NCBI GenBank assembly: GCA_015521685.1
Contig: WANT01000024.1
Location: forward strand, 901-64,900
Reading direction: 5' to 3'
DNA length: 64,000 nt
DNA from: Aeropyrum sp.
GTDB taxonomy: Archaea; Thermoproteota; Thermoprotei_A; Sulfolobales; Acidilobaceae
Every line of letters begins with the position of its first letter. Position 1 is the stretch's first letter. The notes below the pieces were generated by a model. The model saw nothing but the letters and a program-made list of their open reading frames with translations, searched no databases and was not told the DNA's origin. Shown here piece by piece: positions 27,043 to 36,860 of the stretch. Both the position numbers and the translations under genes were made by a program.

Positions 27043-28710
27043 TTAGAGAGCATATTCCCCGAGGTCTACCTCTTCTCCTTCCCTAAGCTGCCTCCACTCA
27101 GCGACCATATCAATATCTGCCCCGCCAGTCTCAGTTTCGCACTTATCAATCTTAACAACAGCAGGGATTCTAGTCATACTTCCCATAATGAGGGCCTCAC
27201 CCGTGTTAAGGCTTGGAAGTATAGACGCGAGGTCCTCGCTCAGCTCCTCGCTCGCCGATTGGACGTATCTTATGTCTTGAGGCTCAACTATCTTCAAAAT
27301 GATCTTATTGTTGGTTTGGCTGAGTACGTCTGGATCTAGTCTCTTAGGCCTCTGACTCACAATTACTAATCCTGCACCGAACTTCCTACCCTCTCGAGCA
27401 ACCCGCGAAGCCCAAACCTTGGTAAGCCTGTGCTCGTCTTTCGGGATTAGAATATGCGCCTCCTCTATAACAAACAATACAGGATACCTGTAGATTTCTC
27501 CCGCCTGAATACCCTTGACAGCGTTAATCCTCCCCCTAAGCAACCTCCTCAAATAGTGGCTCACAACCGCATCAGCAGCAATGTCGTCGAGCATACTCAA
27601 ATCCATTATTGTAGCCTTCCCGGGCGGGACTATACTCTCGATGTCAGTTGGCATATCAGGGTTTATGGCAAACCTATAGTACTCGAGAAGATCGTTAAAC
27701 TTGTCGAGGACCCCCAAGAACTGGTCGAGCTTAGCAGTAGGTGCTTTATAGTCCGGAGCTATACCTACTATTTTCTTCATTGCATCTTCTAGAGGATTCT
27801 TGCTTGACGTCTTTTCGCCCGATATCATTTTATCAACAGCAGTCTCCAAAACCTCAACCGCTCTCTCCAAAACGTCTCTTGCTCCCAAAACCCTCCTCCT
27901 ATAAGCCTCCATCATACCCGTCCAAAGCCACCTGATAATTCTCCTCTGGACGCTGGCAGAGCCGGGAAGATCCATCAACTGTATCAGTTCCCCAAAGCTT
28001 AAGGATACAGGGTTAACGGCTGCGGGCCTCCACAATTTAGCCCTCTCCACGCCAAGGCCTAGGTCGCTGTATTCTCCGTGCCTATCGAAGATGACCACCG
28101 TCGCGCCTAGGCTTGAGACCATCCTCCTTGTGAGGACACAGACTGTATTGCTCTTACCTCCTCCTGTTACAGCGAGTATGGCTAGGTGCCTTCCCAGCCT
28201 GTTAACATCTATTTTGTACCTGACTCCTCCACCGAGCACACTACCTATCTCCATCCAGCTCTCTCCGGGCGGCGAGAAAATCCTTCTGAGGACCTCCTTG
28301 CCAGCGAGAAATACATTGTTTGCCGGCTGTGGCGGGATCTTGGGCGAGTCAACCGCGCCCCGCTCCACCAAGCTGTCTACATAACTAACCCACCTCACAC
28401 TACCATGGTGGTATCTCGACCTGTCGAGAATCCACTCCATATCGTCCCTGACAAGCCTCTCCACCGAGTGTGTGTCCTTCACATCCGCGCTCAGCAGAGG
28501 CACTCCTGACCTTATGCTCTCCACTACACCAAGAACGCAGCGGCCGTCGAGATACGTCACTACGTGAGATCCAACCATAACGCTGCCTATGCTGCCTGGG
28601 CTGAATAGGATGGTGCTGTGTGATGAGGTACTCTCACCTATAATCCACCCAACCATATCCCCAGCACAACTGGGTTCATAACCGGAGGACACTCCTGCCC
28701 ACCCCCTCAA
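27043..28710 (-). CDS. herA: Bipolar DNA helicase/translocase HerA (canonical)
   Basis: HAS barrel, AVTGGGKSN, VIEEAH, REGRKFG and SQRP; located in the mre11-rad50 operon. Confidence 0.93.
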   Translation of the reverse strand: MRGWAGVSSGYEPSCAGDMVGWIIGESTSSHSTILFSPGSIGSVMVGSHVVTYLDGRCVLGVVESIRSGVPLLSADVKDTHSVERLVRDDMEWILDRSRYHHGSVRWVSYVDSLVERGAVDSPKIPPQPANNVFLAGKEVLRRIFSPPGESWMEIGSVLGGGVRYKIDVNRLGRHLAILAVTGGGKSNTVCVLTRRMVSSLGATVVIFDRHGEYSDLGLGVERAKLWRPAAVNPVSLSFGELIQLMDLPGSASVQRRIIRWLWTGMMEAYRRRVLGARDVLERAVEVLETAVDKMISGEKTSSKNPLEDAMKKIVGIAPDYKAPTAKLDQFLGVLDKFNDLLEYYRFAINPDMPTDIESIVPPGKATIMDLSMLDDIAADAVVSHYLRRLLRGRINAVKGIQAGEIYRYPVLFVIEEAHILIPKDEHRLTKVWASRVAREGRKFGAGLVIVSQRPKRLDPDVLSQTNNKIILKIVEPQDIRYVQSASEELSEDLASILPSLNTGEALIMGSMTRIPAVVKIDKCETETGGADIDMVAEWRQLREGEEVDLGEYAL

Positions 28711-29890
28711 GACTCAAACCCATAACCAGAAGCGAGGACTCAAGGTCCTGGGAGGAAACTTTCGCTCTTTCATGGGCGATGAGAAGGTGCAGGGGATAGC
28801 CGCTAGGAGATATGTCTATCAAGGGCTTTAGGACCTCAGCTATATACTCGGCAGGGTTGAGGAGTTCTGGGGTGCTTGATGGAACCAGGGCTGAAACTGA
28901 GAGTATTGGACCAGCTGGAGACAGCCTGACATAAGTCCTAACCTCAGCAACCATTTCCGTGTAGAAACGCCTAAGGTCGCCAACGTCAGGGATAAACCTT
29001 CCTGAGGCCTCGTCCCCGCCCAAGCCTAGTATGTTTTCGATGCCGATTTTCACCATCGCGTCTCTTCTAAGAACCGCCAAGGAGGGCTCGGGCGGAGCAG
29101 CAGGATAGAGGTAAGCCACATCAGGGAGGGGGCCTCCGCAGGCCTCGCTAGATCTCGAGGTTTTAGCAACAAATATAGGAGTTATACTCTTTCTCCACGC
29201 TTCCCGCAGTAGGCTCATGTAGAGGTACAGCTTCTCAGCCACCTCAACCGCTATGAGCCATCTTAAATCCTTAGCAGAGTAAGTATTGGACCTGGCTAGT
29301 ATCATACCTAGCTTAGCGCTTGCAGGCCTTCTAACAGCTTTAGACACCAAGTCTTCCACACACTCACCCTTAACACTACACTCTATTCCTAGGATCGAGA
29401 GGTCTACGTCGACCAGCACACGCTTAGCAGTCTCGAGGGCTTGGCTCATCATCAAGTCTCTCCGCGCGAATCCAGGCCTCCACCACTTTAGTGCAGTTGC
29501 AGGACTGCCGTCTAGAAGTATGACACCTGGACCCTCTATCCGCCTAACCAGCTCGAGGGCTGTATATGCTTCTAGTACTTCCCTATATATGGATATCCTG
29601 GCTTCAGGCTCGACTGGAGGCACCACGACCCCAATCGCGTTGTACAGGGCCTCTGATCCCGACTGCGTCCCTGCCCAGGCCCTAGCCAGGTAGAATGTGA
29701 AGTCGCTGAAATCCAGCGACCTGTTACCGCCGTCAACAGCAATAATGGCTTCACCAAGTCTTTTCCCGTCCAGCTTTTTGAATCCAATGAGGCCCTCACA
29801 GCTATCTCTGCCTTCTGCTCGCCTCGATAGAATATCTCTAACTAGGGGTGAGACCTCCCGAGCCTCCTCCGCGATATCCCTAACCATCAA
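28676..29890 (-). CDS. nurA: DNA double-strand break repair nuclease NurA (canonical)
   Basis: IAVDGG, LLDGS, FVAKTS and GYPLHLLIAHERAKV; lies between rad50 and herA. Confidence 0.88.
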   Translation of the reverse strand: MMVRDIAEEAREVSPLVRDILSRRAEGRDSCEGLIGFKKLDGKRLGEAIIAVDGGNRSLDFSDFTFYLARAWAGTQSGSEALYNAIGVVVPPVEPEARISIYREVLEAYTALELVRRIEGPGVILLDGSPATALKWWRPGFARRDLMMSQALETAKRVLVDVDLSILGIECSVKGECVEDLVSKAVRRPASAKLGMILARSNTYSAKDLRWLIAVEVAEKLYLYMSLLREAWRKSITPIFVAKTSRSSEACGGPLPDVAYLYPAAPPEPSLAVLRRDAMVKIGIENILGLGGDEASGRFIPDVGDLRRFYTEMVAEVRTYVRLSPAGPILSVSALVPSSTPELLNPAEYIAEVLKPLIDISPSGYPLHLLIAHERAKVSSQDLESSLLVMGLSLEGVGRSVLRL

Positions 29891-32718
29891 GCTAGCCCAT
29901 CACCCCCACACCTTACAACACTACCTCTAGCCTGATCCCTTGTCACAATACACGTCACGTCTGCATAGTCCCTCACGTCCCCGTGGTGAGTTATGACTAT
30001 GAGCTGCTCCACAATCCCTTCCTCGCTAATGGCCCTTAGGAGCTCAACAAGCGCCTCTCGCCTAGGCTGGTCCAAATTACTAGTTGGCTCGTCGAGAGCT
30101 ATGAAGCCGAGTTTGGAACCTACAACCTTGTTCAAAGCAACTATGAAGGATATGGCCAGAGCTGTCTTCTCTCCGCCGCTTATAGCTGAGGCCTCGACCC
30201 TCCCACCCTCACTATTGTATACATTTAGCTCGATACCCTTACTACCCCTACTAGCTACGACCTCCCTCAGCTCCACGGCGCTTATAGAAAGGTCGAATCT
30301 TGACAGGAGATCATTTATCTCATCCTCGAGCATGGGTATGACGTGCTCGTATGACAGGTCCTTAACCTCCATTAAAATCCTTTTGGCTGCGAGTGCCGGT
30401 AGCAGTAGTCTTAGCAGTTTACTGCCTTCATCATACTCCTTCATATACTTCTCAGCTTGAGCTATAGCATGTGAGTACTTGAACATCAGGTCCTCGTAAC
30501 TCTTCCTTAACTCTCGGATCTTAGCCTCCAGCTCCCTTGCCCTCCTTACCAGCTCGCCCCTCCTCCTAACTCGGGAAGCTAGCTCCTCAATCTCCCTATT
30601 CACACTCTCCAGCCTCCCCTCAAACAATTCTATCTCAGCCTTGACACGCTCAACCTCTCCCACCACCTCCTCGAGCCGATTAGACTCCTCCAACAGCTTC
30701 TTGAGTATGGATTCGGCTCTGGCCAACTCACTCCTAGCCTTACTAAGAGCTTGCTCAAGGCTGCGGTCTCCTAGATTCAAGCCTAGTGACTTACCCAGCT
30801 CCTCTACAATTGAGGCCGCTCTCCTCCTTGATTCTTCAAGTAACTCTCTCTTCTCGGCAAGAGCGTCTCCTATAGAATCCTCTCTAACTCCTAGACCGAT
30901 TAGAACGCTATCAGCACTCTTCTTTAACCCCATAAGTCTGGCTATCTCGCTGGAGATGAGGCTCTTCTCTTTCTCGAGCTCCCTAAGCCTCATGTATAAG
31001 CCTCTAAATCTCTTCTCTAGGGTTTCGAGACGCTTTTGCGCTGATACTAGGTCCTCAATCGATTCTAATCCAATCTCCTCCAACCTATGTTCAAGACTCT
31101 TAGCTTCAATCAGTAAACTCTGGAGCTTTTCCCTTCTCTCCTCAAGACTTCCTAACTCCCGCCTAAGTGCATAGGCCTTTTCCGTAAGCTCGGCTGCCTC
31201 AGCCTCGAGACGCCTAGCCTCCACGAGGTAGTGTTTGACTAGTTCTTCCGCTCTCTCAGGTCTTAATGGGGAGCCGCATACCGGGCATCTACCATGACCA
31301 GCACTACCCTCCAGGACCTTGACAGCGTCCTTCATACTTTCTGCCTGAGATAGAATATAGCCTGCCCTCTCCTGCAGTCTTTCTAGCTCCTCCTTATACT
31401 TTGCTATCCTATCATCCAGGGAGGATAGCTCTTCTTCGAGCCTAGCCCTAAGCTCCTTTACTCCAATCTTGCAAGGCTTGCTACAATACTTCTCTCCTAC
31501 TCTCGCGAGATCCTCCATAAGTCTAGATGCCTGATTAACTTTTAATCTCGCCTCTTCTAGCTCTTTCTGCAGAGAATCATACTCTTTCCATGTAGTCTCA
31601 TATTCTTCTTCTATCTCCCTGAGCCTCAACTCCAGTTCTGGTATCCTTGAAACCTCTTCAAAGTCGGCCTTTACTTTCTCGAGGATTTTCACCTCGTTCT
31701 CTAACTTTGATATTCTTGAGGCCAGGGCTTCCCCCTCCTCTACAATGCTCTTCAACCTGAGCTTTGCCTCCAAAAGTTGCACCTCGTTCCTGATCTTCTC
31801 TATCCTAGCCTTCTCGCGCTCCAGCTGCACTAGCAGCGCCCTAAGACGGGATATGTGGTTGAGGATGCTCTCTCTCTCACGCTCTAGCCTTTCTAGCCTA
31901 TCCTTATCACTCTCAACCCTGGCTATCTCCGAGTTTACAAATCTAAGCTCGCTCTCCAATTTCTCCAGCTCGCTCTTCAAACTCTTCACTTTTCTCGTGA
32001 GAACCTTCTCTTCTTTACGATACTCGTCAGCAGCTAGCCTAGCCTCTAACACCCTATCTCTGGCCTTGATGTAGGCCCTACGAATACCGTCGAGTGTGGC
32101 AGCAGATCCTACGCTTAGTGTAGATGAGACTCCCTCTATCCTTATTTCGACATTGCCCAGCTCTTTAAACGCCTTCTCGTACACTGCCATTCCTAGGGCT
32201 GAATCCAAAAGCTTCCTCAGATCAGCTGGGCTAGCCAGCGTAGAGGCTATCTCGGCAAACCCGTCCTGCGAGACTATAATTGCCTTTTTAATATATGATG
32301 CTGGATCAGGAATCCCCCTTAGGCCGAGAATCCTGTGGATCTCTCCACTGTAACCTTTGGCTGTAGAGGTTATTCTCCTGCCTCCAACCCTTATCAATGC
32401 TGATTTTTTCTTAATGCTCCTTTGCTCCCTTGTTAGCATTAGGCTTAGATCTACATCATCCCCTCCAAGCTGGTTCTCTAGAGTCAGTGATATGCGCCCT
32501 GAGTGGGCTCCACTGCTGATTATGCTCTTTCCTCTCGGGGAATCGAAGGGCGTAAGGGCGTACAATATCGCCTCAAATATGCTGCTCTTTCCAGCACCGT
32601 TCTCACCCACAATTGCAGTGAACCCCTTAGAAAACTCTATCGACGTGCTCTTATGCGATAGAATGTTCTCAAGCCTCAGTCTCCTCAACGTGTAGAGGCC
32701 CTCAGCCATGAGCCTCAC
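29887..32718 (-). CDS. rad50: Rad50 ATPase
   Basis: GENGAGKSS, long coiled coil with Zn hook CPVC, signature ISGGE, LDEPT, ITH. Confidence 0.96.
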   Translation of the reverse strand: MRLMAEGLYTLRRLRLENILSHKSTSIEFSKGFTAIVGENGAGKSSIFEAILYALTPFDSPRGKSIISSGAHSGRISLTLENQLGGDDVDLSLMLTREQRSIKKKSALIRVGGRRITSTAKGYSGEIHRILGLRGIPDPASYIKKAIIVSQDGFAEIASTLASPADLRKLLDSALGMAVYEKAFKELGNVEIRIEGVSSTLSVGSAATLDGIRRAYIKARDRVLEARLAADEYRKEEKVLTRKVKSLKSELEKLESELRFVNSEIARVESDKDRLERLERERESILNHISRLRALLVQLEREKARIEKIRNEVQLLEAKLRLKSIVEEGEALASRISKLENEVKILEKVKADFEEVSRIPELELRLREIEEEYETTWKEYDSLQKELEEARLKVNQASRLMEDLARVGEKYCSKPCKIGVKELRARLEEELSSLDDRIAKYKEELERLQERAGYILSQAESMKDAVKVLEGSAGHGRCPVCGSPLRPERAEELVKHYLVEARRLEAEAAELTEKAYALRRELGSLEERREKLQSLLIEAKSLEHRLEEIGLESIEDLVSAQKRLETLEKRFRGLYMRLRELEKEKSLISSEIARLMGLKKSADSVLIGLGVREDSIGDALAEKRELLEESRRRAASIVEELGKSLGLNLGDRSLEQALSKARSELARAESILKKLLEESNRLEEVVGEVERVKAEIELFEGRLESVNREIEELASRVRRRGELVRRARELEAKIRELRKSYEDLMFKYSHAIAQAEKYMKEYDEGSKLLRLLLPALAAKRILMEVKDLSYEHVIPMLEDEINDLLSRFDLSISAVELREVVASRGSKGIELNVYNSEGGRVEASAISGGEKTALAISFIVALNKVVGSKLGFIALDEPTSNLDQPRREALVELLRAISEEGIVEQLIVITHHGDVRDYADVTCIVTRDQARGSVVRCGGDGLA

Positions 32719-33974
32719 CTGACCCCCAGGATAGACTCCCAGACCTTCTTGTCGACCTTGGCCGCAAGCTTCTCTAGAACCCTTACAACACCCTCCTCAT
32801 CACCAGATATGGCTGAATCCACAAGGTCCTGAAGTATCAGGGCCGAAGCCTGCTCTGGTATCTTATAATGATCCGATACTATCTTCACAAGGCTTAGAGA
32901 ACCCTTGTGTACCAGCCCTCGCTTTAAGTCATCCCTCTTACCCGCAACTTTCCAGTGTATCTTCAATAATGCGCCGGCTTCCGAGGCGGCCCTAACACCT
33001 TCCCTAATGACTAGAGCTTTCGGCACGTCACCACTAGACTTTATTACCAAGTGGATTAGAGGCCTCTTACCAGGATACTTAGAGGCTTCTGCCAAGATCT
33101 TACGCCTAACCTCTGCAACTAGCCAGCGGCGAGCATCACTACCTGTATGTAGCCCCCCACTCTCAGAGCCTCGATTATAATCAACCTCAACCACAGCTTG
33201 AGGCCTGCGCTCTAATCTTATCTCCTCTACACCTGGCGAATCTCCGCTCAGATCAACCCAGAGAGGAGAGCCCGGAGTTTTAATCTCATCTATCCTGAGC
33301 GGGTCGAGTACACCTGGGTATGCATAGGGGACTCTAGAGTCAAGCCTTATCCTTTTACTGTGAATGTGGCCTAGGGCCACGTAGTCCATAGATTCTGGCA
33401 GCTCTAAGGGGGATACCGGTGCGTCGTACGGTAGTTCAACGTCTAGCGCGAAGTGGCCTAAAAGAATCTTTTTGCCCATCCTTCCACGTGCGACATCATC
33501 GAAGTACCTGAATATCTTGAGAAGACTATTCTTCCTTTTATCTGCCTCCTCCCTAAAGAAGGGAGTTACGAAGACTGTCAGGCCGTTAAGGTCTATTACC
33601 AAGTTCCTAAGCATAGCTTCCCCACCTGCACCTCGCCTCAGTACCGGCGCCTTAAACCTGTCCAGCATAGCATCTAGAAGCGTCAACACAGTCTCGTCTA
33701 GCGTATGGGGAGTGTCATGCTCTCCATGAGCAACTATAACATTGATTCCTTTCTCGTCGAGGGCTCTAAACAATCTCGCTGCCCTCTTAAGATCCTTAAG
33801 AGGAGGCCTAGGCTTGTCGAACAAGTCGCCAGCTATTACCACAGCATCAGGCCTGTCCCTCAGAATAATATCCACTACGGTTTCGAATGTCCTGAAGACG
33901 TCTTCACGCCTCTCCTCCATGTTATAGGGTTTGGCGGCAAGATGGACGTCAGCTAAGTGCAATATAGTGGCCAC
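32715..33974 (-). CDS. mre11: Mre11 nuclease
   Basis: HLADVHL, AGDLFD, HGEHD, LGHF, ALGHIH and YPG phosphoesterase motifs. Confidence 0.95.
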   Translation of the reverse strand: MATILHLADVHLAAKPYNMEERREDVFRTFETVVDIILRDRPDAVVIAGDLFDKPRPPLKDLKRAARLFRALDEKGINVIVAHGEHDTPHTLDETVLTLLDAMLDRFKAPVLRRGAGGEAMLRNLVIDLNGLTVFVTPFFREEADKRKNSLLKIFRYFDDVARGRMGKKILLGHFALDVELPYDAPVSPLELPESMDYVALGHIHSKRIRLDSRVPYAYPGVLDPLRIDEIKTPGSPLWVDLSGDSPGVEEIRLERRPQAVVEVDYNRGSESGGLHTGSDARRWLVAEVRRKILAEASKYPGKRPLIHLVIKSSGDVPKALVIREGVRAASEAGALLKIHWKVAGKRDDLKRGLVHKGSLSLVKIVSDHYKIPEQASALILQDLVDSAISGDEEGVVRVLEKLAAKVDKKVWESILGVR

Positions 33975-34196
33975 TTTTACCCCAGCACCCCCCTTAAGCC
34001 CCTAAGACTCCTGTAATACTTAAAGAGCAGAAGTAGGTAGACTTTCCTGATAATGCTACTAATATTTGTACAGAAATCCTAGACTAGATTAACCATATTT
34101 TTCCATCCGACATCTTACAAGAATTGTATAATTCCTGTTATAATCCAAAATGTACGAACATCTATAGCCAGAGAGTTGGAATGAAGAATCATACCG

Positions 34197-34352
34197 TCAC
34201 TTTCCTTTCTTCTTAGGCCTTAGATTCTTACTCTTGCATCTCCTACACTTGGTGGCAGACACCGGGTTGATTGCACCACATCTCCTGCATATCTTCTTCT
34301 CCAGAACCCTCTTTTCGAATATCGCGATGAGCTCTGGGTCTGTTATCGGCAT
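34197..34352 (-). CDS. rpl40e: 50S ribosomal protein L40e (missed by ORF track)
   Basis: [51 protein letters not shown], 51 aa, Zn-finger L40e pattern. Confidence 0.95.
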   Translation of the reverse strand: MPITDPELIAIFEKRVLEKKICRRCGAINPVSATKCRRCKSKNLRPKKKGK

Positions 34353-34408
34353 GATCCTACCCCTGAGGCGTTCATGTTCTTGACCAAGGCTTAAATAAAG
34401 TTATGTGG

Positions 34409-35458
34409 CTAGCCAAACCACAAGTCTAGCCTCGACTGGCGGGCTTTCAGTTTTTCTCTATAAGCCCTTACGAGCCTCTCAAGAGCCCTATCCACACGCT
34501 GAGGATTGAAGTCATGCCTAGCTACTAGAATATCTCTTATCTTGGCCTCGTCTGGCCTACTGAACTTTATGCTGTACTCGCTACTCACCGGCGGCTTCAG
34601 GAAGTATTCGTATATCTTCACCAGATAGTCTGGCTCATAGTCTTGCCTCACCGACTTGAGGACCTTGACGGGATCATCAACACCTCGCACCACCCTTAGT
34701 GCGGTCTTAGGCCCATACCCCTTTACACCTCCAGGGTTATAGTCAGTACCAAGAAGTATGGCAAGCACTATCAGCTTTTCCCTAGTCAAGCTGAGCTCCC
34801 TTAGGAGGGCATCAAGCTCTATAACCTCTGGCCTGACCTCCACATACTGATCCTTACCTGGCAGTTTCCGCCTACCCGTTATTGTTATGTTCCTAACGAG
34901 CCTTGGAGCGCCGAAAAGAAGGCTATCATAGTCCTGGCTTCCGGCAGCCCATGCATCACCTACTCTAGCCATATATGCAGCCTGGGCTTCGCCCTCGGCA
35001 GGCGCCTGCACCCATGGAATGCCCATAGCGTCCAAGAGCTCCTTAGACTCCTCCACCATATCGCTAGAGAGCCTAGCTGCCATCATGGCGAACTTCCTCG
35101 CCTCCTCAACATCCCCAACCTCCACCGCCTTCCTATACTTCTCTGCAGCCTCCATCTTTCTCTTCAGCCTCTCTTCAACCTCCCGCTTCTTCATCTCGGG
35201 CGTCTTACCGTCGAAAACATATACGGGCTTAACTCCGTCCTCGACAAGGTTTATGGTCCTATAGAACAGGCCGCTAAGGTGGCTTGTTATCCGTCCCTCC
35301 CTATCCATGAGGGGAGTCCCGTCTGGCTGCCTGATAGCTGTAAGGAACTGGTACAGAGCGTTATATGCATCTATCGCTATAACGTTGCCAGCTAGATGCT
35401 TAACCTCGATAACTCTCTTCGCCTCGGCAGGAATGATTTCCCTTAGATTAACCCCCAA
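34409..35458 (-). CDS. fen: Flap endonuclease 1
   Basis: MGVNL, IDAYNALYQFL, VFDG, EGEAQAA, SQDYD, GTDYN and C-terminal PIP box QSRLDLWF. Confidence 0.97.
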   Translation of the reverse strand: MGVNLREIIPAEAKRVIEVKHLAGNVIAIDAYNALYQFLTAIRQPDGTPLMDREGRITSHLSGLFYRTINLVEDGVKPVYVFDGKTPEMKKREVEERLKRKMEAAEKYRKAVEVGDVEEARKFAMMAARLSSDMVEESKELLDAMGIPWVQAPAEGEAQAAYMARVGDAWAAGSQDYDSLLFGAPRLVRNITITGRRKLPGKDQYVEVRPEVIELDALLRELSLTREKLIVLAILLGTDYNPGGVKGYGPKTALRVVRGVDDPVKVLKSVRQDYEPDYLVKIYEYFLKPPVSSEYSIKFSRPDEAKIRDILVARHDFNPQRVDRALERLVRAYREKLKARQSRLDLWFG

Positions 35459-35559
35459 ATCCGCGACCCCGAATAGTGGTTTAAGCTTCGCGACTCAATT
35501 TTTCTTGCCATAGATGGGGAGTCGGCTTAGGGCTATAATGCTAGTACACGGTGTGAACT

Positions 35560-36174
35560 ATGGCTAGAAGTGGAGGTAGAGTACAGTTCTTAGGTAGACA
35601 TCTTATGGTTAAGGGCAGGTTTGCTGACCTCATTCTAGATGGTCGGAAGACCACCACTATAAGAATCGGAATCGTGAAACCCAGATATAAGGAAATTATC
35701 ATTCATGGCCACGGCCGTCCCCTAGCCAAGGCAGAGATAGTCGGGATCAAAGTAAAGAAAGCGAGAGAACTCACTGAGGAGGATGCCATGAGGGATGGTT
35801 TCAGAAGCCCTGAGGAGCTCATTAAGGCTCTCGAGGAGCTGTACAGCGCGACTATCCGCCCAGACACCAAGCTAACCATCATCGAGTTTAGGGTGAAGCA
35901 AAGGTTTGACTCTCTATCCGCCCAGGACCCCTATATGGGTCTCGAGCCCGCCGATATAGCTCGACTGGGCTTGAGATATCTAAAGAGAGAGCTTGGTGAG
36001 GAAGAGGCTAAAATACTCGAGGACCTCACGCGGACCAATAGTATTAGATCTACGGCCATACGCCTCTACGGTTCCATAGAGAAGAGGGCTAGAGTGAGGA
36101 AGGTGCTGCGCTGGACCCTAAAAGAGCTTCTCGCTAAAGGCCTCATTAAAGCTGTTGACAGGAGAGGAGACTAG
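35560..36174 (+). CDS. ASCH-domain protein with C-terminal helical extension
   Basis: ILDGRKTTTIR and LTEEDAMRDGF ASCH motifs. Confidence 0.85.
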   Translation: MARSGGRVQFLGRHLMVKGRFADLILDGRKTTTIRIGIVKPRYKEIIIHGHGRPLAKAEIVGIKVKKARELTEEDAMRDGFRSPEELIKALEELYSATIRPDTKLTIIEFRVKQRFDSLSAQDPYMGLEPADIARLGLRYLKRELGEEEAKILEDLTRTNSIRSTAIRLYGSIEKRARVRKVLRWTLKELLAKGLIKAVDRRGD

Positions 36175-36191
36175 ACTCCCCTATATACTCC

Positions 36192-36542
36192 ATGAGACAT
36201 CTAAATCGTTTTCGGAGTAGCATCTACCAGATGAGAGTCAAAGAGGTGTTAGGTGTGGAAAACCTAATCGACGAGTTCCTCAAAGACGTAACGCTATGCC
36301 CGAAATGCGGAGCTCCCTCAGCCATATATGAGTACGTCTTGACAACCCCATTTTCGGGCAACGGCGAGGCATACATAAGGATAGAATATAGGCTAGAGTG
36401 CGAGCTTTGCGGCCATAAGGAAGCAATGAAGGGATCAATGCCCCTCCGTGTAGCATATAACTTGAGGCACATATTCATTCCTAAGGTTAGAGTTCAACTC
36501 GAGAAGGCTTACCTCGCTGTTAAAAACTCTAGCTTACCCTAG
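36192..36542 (+). CDS. Zinc-ribbon protein
   Basis: CPKCG ... CELCGH Cys pairs. Confidence 0.7.
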   Translation: MRHLNRFRSSIYQMRVKEVLGVENLIDEFLKDVTLCPKCGAPSAIYEYVLTTPFSGNGEAYIRIEYRLECELCGHKEAMKGSMPLRVAYNLRHIFIPKVRVQLEKAYLAVKNSSLP

Positions 36543-36673
36543 GTAGCTTCTAAGTCTTCTCGCGAAGGACCCCGCTAGACGGTGGTAGTGCTCATCTCAT
36601 GGTAGTGAAATCTCTAGATAGGCAAGCCTTTAGAAGGTCTCTACTTCTAGAATAATAGTCAGAAGTGTTTGAG

Positions 36674-36832
36674 GTGTCTAGAGTATTGAGGGGATGGAGG
36701 TTAAAATGCACTCAATGTGGGGCTGAGTGGATACTTAATGTTAGCTTTAGGCTCAACGAAATGGGAAAAATCTACCATTACTGCCCTAAATGTAGAGAAA
36801 ATTCTTTCCATGAGGTAGTTGACAAGGTTTGA
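36674..36832 (+). CDS. Small 52-aa zinc-ribbon protein (missed by ORF track)
   Basis: MSRVLRGWRLKCTQCGAEWILNVSFRLNEMGKIYHYCPKCRENSFHEVVDKV*; CxxC...CxxC; start may be GTG 36665 or 36674. Confidence 0.75.
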   Translation: MSRVLRGWRLKCTQCGAEWILNVSFRLNEMGKIYHYCPKCRENSFHEVVDKV

Positions 36833-36860
36833 AGTGGTAGTAGCTTTACGCTCGCTTCTA

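Noticed and set aside
29993-32695. Antisense shadow ORFs (e.g. Ser/Leu-rich frames opposite rad50, and many similar ORFs of 60-190 aa across the track)
   Set aside because: They mirror the codon bias of the real gene on the other strand and lack motifs or an RBS.
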